64,000 nt of DNA from Minisyncoccota bacterium (GTDB lineage: Bacteria > Verrucomicrobiota > Verrucomicrobiia > Limisphaerales > UBA8199). Positions within the stretch are counted from its first letter, which is position 1; each line of letters opens with the position of its first letter. The translations under genes were made by a program, and so were the position numbers. The DNA is taken from positions 109,941 to 173,940 of the forward strand of contig DAOTCE010000006.1 in assembly GCA_035452965.1 (NCBI GenBank), written 5' to 3'. The notes beneath the pieces were generated by a model. It ran no database searches, had not been told where the DNA came from, and saw only the letters and a program-made list of their open reading frames with translations. Of the stretch, positions 18,628 through 26,991 are shown piece after piece.

Positions 18628-20112
18628 TCACTCGGCAGCTTTCTTGAACTGCTTCAACCGCTGGGCATCGGGCTTGGCGGCGTAGTAGCGGTCCAGGGGG
18701 TAGCAGCCGCTGACGAGGCCTTTGCGGGGCGCCGTCGTGCAGTCGCTGAAGGTGCGGCAGATGGATTTGGACGAGAGAGTCCCCTGCCCTATCGCGTCGG
18801 CCAGGATCGTCGGGTACGCCAGCACCATGCGCCCAATGCCGATGAGGTCGGCCCAGCCGTGGCGCAGGACGTATTGCGCCACGTGCGGGAGATATTCCTG
18901 AAGATAGCTGTACGCGGTGCCGACAAGCAGGAGGTTCTTCCGTACGCGAGCCTTGAGCTGACGCACGACGTTGATCTGGCGTGCCACGCCCACCAGCGGG
19001 TCCTCGGGCGGTTGATAACCATCGGACGGCGGATAGGCAGCCGGCCGTTGGATATGGGGGTTGTAATAGGGCGATCCGGCGGTGAGGTTGACGATCTTGA
19101 CACCGAGCGTTGCGCACAAGTCGAGGAATTGCATCGTCTCCGTCAGGTCATACTCGATCGGGTTGTGCTGGTTCACCCCAAAGGCGTAGCGGTAAGGCAG
19201 GCAATGGGCATGATCCACCGGGACACCGGGGCCGGGTTTGCCGGGCCGGGACAGTGCGGGATCCGGCCGGAAAGGAACGAAGTCGAAGGCGCTGAGCCGC
19301 ACCGCCAAGTCAATCCGGTTCCCGCTGGCGCGGATGGCGGCCACGATGTCGCGCAGCAGGCGAGTCCGATTTTCGAATGAGCCGCCGTGCTTGCCGGGCC
19401 GGGTGAAGGCGCTGAGGATCTCGTGGAGCAGGTATCCATGGCAGTGCTTGATGTCCACAAAGTCGGCACCCACGTCCCAAGCGATGCGAGCGGCGGCGGC
19501 GTAATCCTCCACGAGGCGGTCCAGGTCGCTGTCCGTCCAGACTTGCGCGTCGCTGGTGACCTTGAAGTTGCCGTCCAGCAGAGGATGGCGGTAGGCCGGA
19601 CGCGGTTCCAGGCGGGCATTGTCGTTGGGTTTGCAGAACCGGCCCGAGTGAGTGAGTTGAAAACCGATCACAAGGTCGTCGGTGGTTCCGTGGCGCTGCT
19701 TGTGGGCGGCCAGCAGGGATTCGCGGAGCCCGGCCAAATCGGCCTTGGTCTGCTCGCCAATGATGAGCTGGTTAGGATTGGCTCGGCCATCGGGCCGGAC
19801 GGCCATCGCTTCACCGCCGAAGATCAGCTTCGCGCCGCTCTCGCCGAATCGCTGCCAGCGCCGGCGCACATCAGGGGTCACCCCGCCGCTGGTGGTGCCA
19901 TCCCAGCCTTCCATCGGCTGCACGGCGTAGCGGTTGCCTAAATGCTTGCCGTTGATGGCGACCGCTGGGACCGGCTGGGCCAGCGGCGACGCAGCCCCGG
20001 TGGCGATGGCGTCTTCGCAAGGCAAGTCTATCCCCAGCGAAGCGACGTGGGCACGAAACTCGGCCACGGTCTTGAGCGATGGAATGCGCGTCAGTTTGGA
20101 AGACTCGAACAT
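18628..20112 (-). CDS. Old Yellow Enzyme-family NADH:flavin oxidoreductase
   Basis: Track ORF 18628..20148, with a likely start at ATG 20112 (MFESSKLTRIPSLKT). TIM-barrel OYE-like motifs: ...FQLTHSGRF..., ...DFVDIKHCHGYLLHEILS..., ...GRMVLAYP.... Confidence 0.8.
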   Translation of the reverse strand: MFESSKLTRIPSLKTVAEFRAHVASLGIDLPCEDAIATGAASPLAQPVPAVAINGKHLGNRYAVQPMEGWDGTTSGGVTPDVRRRWQRFGESGAKLIFGGEAMAVRPDGRANPNQLIIGEQTKADLAGLRESLLAAHKQRHGTTDDLVIGFQLTHSGRFCKPNDNARLEPRPAYRHPLLDGNFKVTSDAQVWTDSDLDRLVEDYAAAARIAWDVGADFVDIKHCHGYLLHEILSAFTRPGKHGGSFENRTRLLRDIVAAIRASGNRIDLAVRLSAFDFVPFRPDPALSRPGKPGPGVPVDHAHCLPYRYAFGVNQHNPIEYDLTETMQFLDLCATLGVKIVNLTAGSPYYNPHIQRPAAYPPSDGYQPPEDPLVGVARQINVVRQLKARVRKNLLLVGTAYSYLQEYLPHVAQYVLRHGWADLIGIGRMVLAYPTILADAIGQGTLSSKSICRTFSDCTTAPRKGLVSGCYPLDRYYAAKPDAQRLKQFKKAAE

Positions 20113-20209
20113 AGTATGACCGGGAATGTGGTTAGCGCCAGCGGACATGGCCAGAAGATTTTTCCGCGTGTAGTCTGCCCTGATCCGTGCTACACTGCCG
20201 CCCGGTCAC

Positions 20210-23200
20210 ATGCGAATCCAAATCCCTTCTCTCCAGGGGCTCAAGCAGTCGCGCTGGTACAAACGCCTGCTCTGGGCAGGCGCGGTGCTGCTGCTGTATG
20301 TGCTGGTTGGCTTCTTCGTGCTGCCGCCCATCATCAAATCCCAACTGGTCAAACGCTTGCCACCCATCACCAAGCGGCAAGTGGCGGTCCGCCAGGTGAA
20401 GTTTAATCCGCTGGCCCTCTCGCTGACTATCCGCGGGCTCTCGCTCACCGAGCCGAACGGGGCGGTTTTCGCGTCGTGGGAAGAGCTGTATGTGAACCTT
20501 CAACTTTCGTCGCTCGTCCGCTTCGCCTGGACGTTCGCGGAGATCGGCCTCAAGCAGCCCTACGGCCACATCGCGTTGTCCAAGGACGGGCAGTTCAATT
20601 TCGCCAACATGGCTGAAAAGACCGAGCCGCCACCGCCCAAGCCGGAGAAGCCCGGCGCCCTGCCCCGCATCAACGTCCGGCGGCTGCACATTGATGACGG
20701 CGTGGTGGTGTTCGACGACGGAACGCATCGCTTGCCGCTGCACACCGAATTCAAACCCATCAACATCTCGCTAACCAATCTAACCACCCGCCTCGGCAAA
20801 GACAGCGTCTACTCCTTCGAAGCCCGCAGTGATTCCGGCCGCAGTTTTGCCTGGACCGGCAGCCTGACGGTACAGCCGTTCGAATCGCGCGGCCGCTTCG
20901 AGATGGTAGGCGCCGACCTTAGCAAATGGACGCCCGTGGCACGGGACTTCGTCAAAGCGGAAATCACCGGCGGGCGGCTCAGCGTCCGCGCGGACTACGC
21001 GCTGGCCGCTGGAACCAATGGCTTCGACGCCAGCTTGACCAATTGCGCCGCCGAGCTGGCGGCCTTCAAGGTCAAGGACTTGAACACCGGGGAGACCGTG
21101 ACGTCCGTGCCGTGGTTTGCCCTTCGGGAAGTGGACTTTGACCTGCGCCGCCGCGAGGTGCGGATCGGGAACGTCAGGCTGGTGCGATACGACCAGATCG
21201 TCCGCGTGGAGAAAGACGGCGCGCTCAACCTCGCCCGGCTGTTGGACCCGCGCCCGGCGCAGCCCGCTCCCACCAACACCGCGCCCGAAGCTTCCGCGGC
21301 GCCGTGGGTCATCGCGGTGAATGATGTCACCGTGAAGGACGCGGCCGTTTCGTTCGCCGACCTGAGCCGGTCCAACCGCTTTGAAACCACGCTCAAGCCA
21401 ATTCAGGTCCACTTGCAGCGCTTTGCCACGCGCTCCGACTCCGATGCGGCGTGGGATTTCAGCATGGCCACTGAAGTCGGGGAGACGATCACCGGCAGCG
21501 GCACGTTAGCCCTCGCGCCATTGCGGTCGGCCGGCGAAGTCAAACTGTCCGGGATCCAGATCAGGAAATATGCGCCCTATTACCAGGACAGCCTGCGCGG
21601 CGAAGTGCTCGCCGGCAAGGTGGATGTCGGTGTCGGCTACCGCTTTGCCGCCGCCTCCAACGCGCCGCTTGTCACAGTCTCCAACGCCGGGGTGACGTTG
21701 ACCGGCTTTCAGCTCAAAGCCGCGGACACAGGGGAAACCGTAGTCAGCATCCCGTCCTTCTCGATCCAGGGAACCGAAGCCAGCCTCGCGGAGCGCAGAA
21801 TTCAGGTCGGCATGGTCAAGTCCACCGGCGGTTCCATTCTCGCGCGTCAGTCGAAGGACGGAAAAATCAACCTGCTCGGGCTGTTGAATCCGCCAGCGCC
21901 CAAGCCCGTCGAAACCAACGCCCCCGCCCCGAACGCAGCCCCCTGGACCGCACTCCTCAAAGAGATCGCGTTCGACGGCTACGCCATCAAGCTGGAGGAC
22001 CAGAAACCCGCCAAGCCGGCTGCCCTTGCCCTCGACCAGCTCACGTTCAACGTGCAAGGACTCAGCACCGTGAGCAATGAGCCGATCAAAGTGTCGCTGT
22101 CGGCACGCCTCAACCAGGCCGGCACTCTGGCGGCGCAAGGCACCGCGAAGATCACCCCCCCTGCGGCTGACATGGCCATCCGCCTGAACGACCTCGATCT
22201 GCGGCCCTTCCAACCGTACGTGAATGAAGCGGTGCGCCTCGGCATCGCCAGCGGGAAGTTCAGCACGCAAGGCCGGGTGCTCTACACTCCCCCCGGCGCC
22301 GGCGCGCCGATGCTGAAGTTCACCGGCGGACTCAGCCTCACCAATTTCGTTACCACCGACCAGGTGCTTTTCAAGGAGTTCGTGAAATGGGACGCGCTCG
22401 ATGTGACCGGCATTGACTTCGACCTGCAGCCCAATCAACTGCAAGTGCAGGAAGTCAAGTGGCGCGGACTCGAAGGCAGCATCCTCATTGGCCCGGACCA
22501 GCGCCCGAATCTCAAGACCATCCTCCCCGAAAAACCGGCGGGCGCCCCCGCTGCCCCCGCCACAAATGCGCCACCGGCCAAAGCCGGCGAGTTCCCAATG
22601 CAGCTTGGCGCGTTGGTGCTGGAGAACGCTGCGTTCCATTTCGCCGACGAGTCCATCCAGCCGCATTGCACCTTTGACGTGCAGGAGCTCAGCGGCACCG
22701 TCAAGGGTCTGTCTTCCCAGGAGCAGAGCACGGCCATGGTGGACCTCGGCGGCAAGGTGGAAGCCACCTCGCCGTTTTCCATTCTCGGCAAGGTCAATCC
22801 GCTGGCCAGGGATCCGCAACTGGCCCTGGCCGTGGCGTTCACCAACATGGATCTCACAGCCCTGAGCACCTACCTGGAGAAGTTTGCCGGCCACCCCCTC
22901 AATAAAGGCAAGCTATTCATGGATCTCCATTACGACATCAGCCAGCGGCAGCTCAAGGCCGAGAACAAGTTCCGCATTGACCACTTCACCCTCGGGCCAC
23001 GCAATGAAAGCACTAACGCCACCTCCCTTCCAGTTAAGCTGGCCGTGGCGTTGTTGAAGGACCGCAATGGGCAAATCAACCTCGATATCCCGCTAAGCGG
23101 CCGGACCGACGACCCGCAGTTCAAGATCGCCCCCATTGTCGCCAAGGTCGTGGTCAACCTCATCATGAAAGCAGCCACTTCTCCCTTCTCACTGCTGGGC

Positions 23201-23989
23201 GGCCTGGTGGGCGGCGGCGAAGAACTCAGCTTCGTGGAGTTCCAGCCCGGCCTGGCCGAGATCCCGGACGCCGAAGCGCAAAAGCTCGATAAACTCGTCC
23301 AAGCTCTATACGAACGCCCGGCCGTCAACCTGGAAATCGCCGGCTCATTCGACCTGGAGCGGGACCACCCGGCATTGGCCCGCATGAAGTTGGAGCAACA
23401 CCTCAAGGTGCTCCACCTCAAGGAGCTCGCCGACGCCGGCAAGACAGTCCCCAGCCCCTCCGGCATTCAACTTGAACCGGCGGCAAGGGAACGCCTTCTG
23501 AAGCAGGTGTATCTGGAACTTGGCACGAACCAAACGCTTGTTCTGCCGCCCGTTGCCGGGGCCACAGATACGAACGCTGTCTCGGCGCCTCCCGTCACCT
23601 CGTTGCCGGATCCGAAGGAACTTCAGGCCGTCGCCAAGGCTTCGGACAAAGCCCCCGCGGCAAAGCCTGCAAAGCGCAAAGGCATCGCAGGGCTGATAGG
23701 ATTCGGAGCCAGGAGCTCTTCACCCTCCAAACAACCCAGTTCGGCCCAACTTCCTGCAACTCCCGCAGGCACCCCCCTCACCACCGACCAGCTCGAGGCC
23801 AAACTCGCTTCCGTCGTCCAGGTTTCCGGAAACGAGCAAGGCGCGCTGATGAAGCAAAGAGCCCAGGCGGTGCAGGCATTGATCCTCCAGGGCGGAAAGG
23901 TCACCGCTGAACGCCTGTTCATCGTTACGCCCAAGACCACGACGGGCGCTGCCAAAGGCCAAAGCCGTGTGAATCTCTCCCTTCAATAG
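20210..23989 (+). CDS. DUF748/AsmA-like large envelope protein
   Basis: 1259 aa. Single N-terminal TM helix (LLWAGAVLLLYVLVGFFVLPPII) followed by a long repetitive beta-rich region. The N-terminal region (KSQLVKRLPPITKRQVAVRQVKFNPLALSLTIRGLSL) is as I remember DUF748 proteins. Confidence 0.7.
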   Translation: MRIQIPSLQGLKQSRWYKRLLWAGAVLLLYVLVGFFVLPPIIKSQLVKRLPPITKRQVAVRQVKFNPLALSLTIRGLSLTEPNGAVFASWEELYVNLQLSSLVRFAWTFAEIGLKQPYGHIALSKDGQFNFANMAEKTEPPPPKPEKPGALPRINVRRLHIDDGVVVFDDGTHRLPLHTEFKPINISLTNLTTRLGKDSVYSFEARSDSGRSFAWTGSLTVQPFESRGRFEMVGADLSKWTPVARDFVKAEITGGRLSVRADYALAAGTNGFDASLTNCAAELAAFKVKDLNTGETVTSVPWFALREVDFDLRRREVRIGNVRLVRYDQIVRVEKDGALNLARLLDPRPAQPAPTNTAPEASAAPWVIAVNDVTVKDAAVSFADLSRSNRFETTLKPIQVHLQRFATRSDSDAAWDFSMATEVGETITGSGTLALAPLRSAGEVKLSGIQIRKYAPYYQDSLRGEVLAGKVDVGVGYRFAAASNAPLVTVSNAGVTLTGFQLKAADTGETVVSIPSFSIQGTEASLAERRIQVGMVKSTGGSILARQSKDGKINLLGLLNPPAPKPVETNAPAPNAAPWTALLKEIAFDGYAIKLEDQKPAKPAALALDQLTFNVQGLSTVSNEPIKVSLSARLNQAGTLAAQGTAKITPPAADMAIRLNDLDLRPFQPYVNEAVRLGIASGKFSTQGRVLYTPPGAGAPMLKFTGGLSLTNFVTTDQVLFKEFVKWDALDVTGIDFDLQPNQLQVQEVKWRGLEGSILIGPDQRPNLKTILPEKPAGAPAAPATNAPPAKAGEFPMQLGALVLENAAFHFADESIQPHCTFDVQELSGTVKGLSSQEQSTAMVDLGGKVEATSPFSILGKVNPLARDPQLALAVAFTNMDLTALSTYLEKFAGHPLNKGKLFMDLHYDISQRQLKAENKFRIDHFTLGPRNESTNATSLPVKLAVALLKDRNGQINLDIPLSGRTDDPQFKIAPIVAKVVVNLIMKAATSPFSLLGGLVGGGEELSFVEFQPGLAEIPDAEAQKLDKLVQALYERPAVNLEIAGSFDLERDHPALARMKLEQHLKVLHLKELADAGKTVPSPSGIQLEPAARERLLKQVYLELGTNQTLVLPPVAGATDTNAVSAPPVTSLPDPKELQAVAKASDKAPAAKPAKRKGIAGLIGFGARSSSPSKQPSSAQLPATPAGTPLTTDQLEAKLASVVQVSGNEQGALMKQRAQAVQALILQGGKVTAERLFIVTPKTTTGAAKGQSRVNLSLQ

Positions 23990-24053
23990 CGGCCCATGAA
24001 GCCACCCGCAAGAGTCCTGGCGGGGGCGATTTCCCCGTAACCCGGTGCTGTCC

Positions 24054-24371
24054 ATGAATGACCGTGAAGCGATCAAGGTGTTGATCGTAAACGAAAACGG
24101 CTTGTATCTCGCCGGCACCGCCTTTCAGTGGGAGTTCACGGATGACCGGCGCAAAGCCAGGGTGTTCGACTACCACGCTGACCACGTGGCGGACCGAATT
24201 GACTTGCTCCGCAAAGCCGAGGGGCAAGTCTTGATCGCCGTAAGAGTGGACCCACGCGAGATCTACGAATTCTGTGATCAGTGCGGCTGCAGGACGCGAG
24301 CACTGAAGATGTTCTTCGATGGGCAGCAGTTCCTGTGTAGTGATTGCCGGACCGCCGGATCCGGCATTTGA
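24054..24371 (+). CDS. small hypothetical protein, paralog 1, with C-terminal CxxC...CxxC zinc ribbon
   Basis: Track ORF 24045..24371 (GTG; ATG at 24054). IKVLIVNENGLYLAGTAFQWEFTDD...A...VLIAVRVDP aligns with the two downstream ORFs. The tail CDQCGCRTRALKMFFDGQQFLCSDC has 4 Cys in two CxxC pairs. Confidence 0.5.
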   Translation: MNDREAIKVLIVNENGLYLAGTAFQWEFTDDRRKARVFDYHADHVADRIDLLRKAEGQVLIAVRVDPREIYEFCDQCGCRTRALKMFFDGQQFLCSDCRTAGSGI

Positions 24372-24565
24372 GCCGCGCTCTCCGCGTCCGCACCTTGCGG
24401 GCAGGCTCCGTATTCACCCGCCCCTCCGCTTCAGTATAAGTGCGGATTGTGCATTCTTTGCGTCTGTGCGACGATTCCTGTACGCAGTGGGCTCGTACGA
24501 CCGGACGCACTGCCAAATTACAGAATGGAACTCACTTTGGCGGTGTCTGGCAGAGGAATTAAGGA

Positions 24566-24874
24566 ATGAAGGTGTTTGTGCGCAACACTCAAACCGGGTG
24601 GTACTATCAAGGGCCATCCCAGTGGACTCCTGAACAGGGGTCGGCGCAAGACATGGGCCAGGTGGCGCGAGCCGTGGAGCAGATATTCGAGACACGGCTC
24701 GAGAACGTGGAGATTCTCCTTTGCTATGACGACCCGCGTTACGACCTGGTGCTGCCTGTGCCGCCTTCGCCCAGTCGGGCTGAGCCTCCCGGGCAAAGCC
24801 ATTCCTCATGGGGGGACCAACCAGGGAAGACCGGGAAACCGGGACTTCAGCACAAGAAAGGCCCCTTGCTGTGA
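24566..24874 (+). CDS. small hypothetical protein, paralog 2
   Basis: MKVFVRNTQTGWYYQGPSQWTPEQGSAQDMGQVARAVEQIFETRLENVEILLCYDDP..., roughly 35% identical by eye to 24942..25166. Pro/Gly-rich disordered tail. Confidence 0.5.
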   Translation: MKVFVRNTQTGWYYQGPSQWTPEQGSAQDMGQVARAVEQIFETRLENVEILLCYDDPRYDLVLPVPPSPSRAEPPGQSHSSWGDQPGKTGKPGLQHKKGPLL

Positions 24875-24941
24875 ATAAGTTGTGAATAAGTATTTGCTTC
24901 GCGCACTTGCTATTCACTGACTTGTTAACAACTCTGGCGAC

Positions 24942-25166
24942 ATGCGGCGGTTGCTCAGGAGTTTAACGACCCACGAGTATTTCGGCCAGGGCTGCTGGAC
25001 GCCGGACCCGGCACAGGCCCAGAATTTCCCCGATGCAGGCAAAGCTATTGAAACGTGCCTGCGCTACCGCCTGAGCGAGGTGGAACTGGTCCTGCAGCTT
25101 GACACTGAGCAACAGGGGTTTTACGACACCCACCTGCGGCTTTTCGACTACGGCCAGGCAGCCTGA
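24942..25166 (+). CDS. small hypothetical protein, paralog 3
   Basis: MRRLLRSLTTHEYFGQGCWTPDPAQAQNFPDAGKAIETCLRYRLSEVELVLQLD.... Shares the G..WTP...AQ......A.E...RL.EVE..L pattern with paralog 2. Confidence 0.5.
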   Translation: MRRLLRSLTTHEYFGQGCWTPDPAQAQNFPDAGKAIETCLRYRLSEVELVLQLDTEQQGFYDTHLRLFDYGQAA

Positions 25167-25237
25167 TCTGCTGAGGGCACTCGCACGGATTGGCGGGTGG
25201 CACTTGCGCCGGAACGCGATGGCGGTAACATCCTTGG

Positions 25238-25402
25238 ATGAAACTGCTCCTGGCGTTCATTGCTTACCTGGCCATCGCCGTCGTGCTCGGCTGGGGCATT
25301 CTCCTCGCGGTCAAAGGTGAACCGTGGCTGCTGATCGTAGGTTCTCTCACCTACGCGCTGGCATTCGCGAAGCTGGGCTGCTTGCCGAATAAATCCCACT
25401 GA
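25238..25402 (+). CDS. 54-aa predicted two-helix membrane protein (below the ORF-track length cut-off)
   Basis: My own translation: MKLLLAFIAYLAIAVVLGWGILLAVKGEPWLLIVGSLTYALAFAKLGCLPNKSH. The stop TGA (25400-25402) overlaps the dtd ATG (25402) as TGATG. Confidence 0.45.
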   Translation: MKLLLAFIAYLAIAVVLGWGILLAVKGEPWLLIVGSLTYALAFAKLGCLPNKSH

Positions 25403-25854
25403 TGCGAGCCGTCGTCCAGCGGGTCGCCGAGGCCAAAGTCACCATCGCAGGTGTTGTCAAGGGCGCCATCCAGAGGGGTTTGCTCGTGCTGCTGGGGGTG
25501 GAAGAAGCCGACACGCCGGCGGACATCGAATGGCTGAGCGGCAAAATTGTGCGGCTGCGGGTATTTGATGACGAGCAGGGCGTGATGAATCGCTCGGTCC
25601 AGGAGGCGGCGGGAGACATCCTGCTGGTCAGCCAATTTACCTTGTTTGCCAGCACAAAGAAGGGCAACCGGCCATCCTACAGCCGATCAGCCCGCCCTGA
25701 TATCGCCGTACCGCTTTATGAGCAGTTCATCCAAAGGCTGACGCAGGACCTTGGCAAGCCGGTCCAGACCGGCGAGTTTGGCGCCGACATGCAGGTGAGC
25801 CTCACGAACGACGGACCAGTGACGATCCTTCTGGATACCAAAGCACGGGAGTAG
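25402..25854 (+). CDS. dtd: D-aminoacyl-tRNA deacylase
   Basis: MRAVVQRV...LLVLLGV...SQFTL...GADMQVSLTNDGPVTILLDT, canonical Dtd motifs, ~150 aa. Confidence 0.9.
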   Translation: MRAVVQRVAEAKVTIAGVVKGAIQRGLLVLLGVEEADTPADIEWLSGKIVRLRVFDDEQGVMNRSVQEAAGDILLVSQFTLFASTKKGNRPSYSRSARPDIAVPLYEQFIQRLTQDLGKPVQTGEFGADMQVSLTNDGPVTILLDTKARE

Positions 25855-25864
25855 CACCGATGGG

Positions 25865-26692
25865 TCAGGCTATCTGCAGCGAGATTGCCCTCGGTTCTGA
25901 ATCCTCGTCCTCCTCGGCCTGGATGCCGTCAGAGAATGCCAGGTAAAGAAACGCGAAGAGGCTGGTCAACGGCAGCAGCAGCAGCACCCCCACCCAGAGG
26001 CTCTTGCACCGCGCCTGGGCAATCTTGAACGGCCAGAGAACTGTCGGCACCAGATTCAATAACGGCACAAAGTAAGCCAGGAACCACCACCCCGACATGC
26101 CGGCAGCACGCAGCATGGGAATCGTCTGTAGCACCGGCAGCCACACCATGATGCCTCCCGGGTTGCCGGTTTTGCGGCAGATCAACATGCAGCAGTAGCA
26201 GTAAAACAGATAGAACAGGAGCATCACCCCCAACACGGCCCAGAGCACCTTCATTCGAATCAGAGCCCGCCAATCCAGTGCCGCGAGCGAACGCTTCTGC
26301 GGCTCTTGCCCCAACTGTTGTCCCAGTTGTTGCCCCAGTTGCTGCCCCAGAGCCTTCACCTGCGGCGCGTCAATCTTGGCGATTTCCCGCTTTGCCCAGG
26401 CCGCCGCCGAGTTGGTCTGGACCTTCGCGTAACCGAGGTCCTGCTGAACCACTAGCGGCAACTCGGGGATCTTGAGACTGGCCAGACCGCTGTCGTGGTG
26501 AATGATGATATAGTTCTTGGCCTTGGTGAAGACTGTCACGTTGCTATACGTCGTTGTCTTCGTTTGGAGCACATCGAAACGCTCCTCAGCCAATACCAGC
26601 TTCTCCGAGGACAATGTCCAGGATACCGCCAGCGCACACCACGCCAGCCATCTTGCGGCACAGCGACTAGATCGATAAGTATTCATGCTCAC
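25865..26692 (-). CDS. membrane protein with DUF5684-like C-terminal domain and QQLG tandem repeat
   Basis: N-terminal signal/anchor, a soluble domain, (GQQL)x3-4, then a TM region containing KTGNPGGIMVWLPVLQTIPMLRAAGMSGWWFLAYFVPLLNLV. This resembles the DUF5684 pattern as I recall it. Confidence 0.55.
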   Translation of the reverse strand: MSMNTYRSSRCAARWLAWCALAVSWTLSSEKLVLAEERFDVLQTKTTTYSNVTVFTKAKNYIIIHHDSGLASLKIPELPLVVQQDLGYAKVQTNSAAAWAKREIAKIDAPQVKALGQQLGQQLGQQLGQEPQKRSLAALDWRALIRMKVLWAVLGVMLLFYLFYCYCCMLICRKTGNPGGIMVWLPVLQTIPMLRAAGMSGWWFLAYFVPLLNLVPTVLWPFKIAQARCKSLWVGVLLLLPLTSLFAFLYLAFSDGIQAEEDEDSEPRAISLQIA

Positions 26693-26991
26693 TAAATCAC
26701 CGGCACCGGGTCAGTTCGGACCAGGCAGCCATGCCGGAGAACCGCACGATTTGTGCCATGAAAACCGCAACCTTCCCCTCCCACAAAGGTGATGAAGAAG
26801 GCCATCCCTGGTATCTTGAGGTACTAGGGTCACCCAATGCTGTCAGCCTGGGTTGCGTTCGAATAGGGGGCTAAGTCCGCTGCTTCCATGGAAATGAGAA
26901 CAAGCCTTGGCCCCAGGCGCTCCCCTTGCCGGTCGGGCGAGTTATCCAGGAAACCGCGCCGGGCAATGCGGCGTCAGTTCTCTTGATCCGG

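Noticed and set aside
24440-24490. Weak resemblance of GTCTGTGCGACGATTCCTGTACGCAG to the conserved block AAACCACTGCAACGATTCAACTTGCAC, and CCGTATTCACC to the 11-bp units
   Set aside because: Only the ACGATTC core and a few flanking bases match, and there is no TTGACA or 22-mer at the expected spacing. This is too weak to call a third copy.
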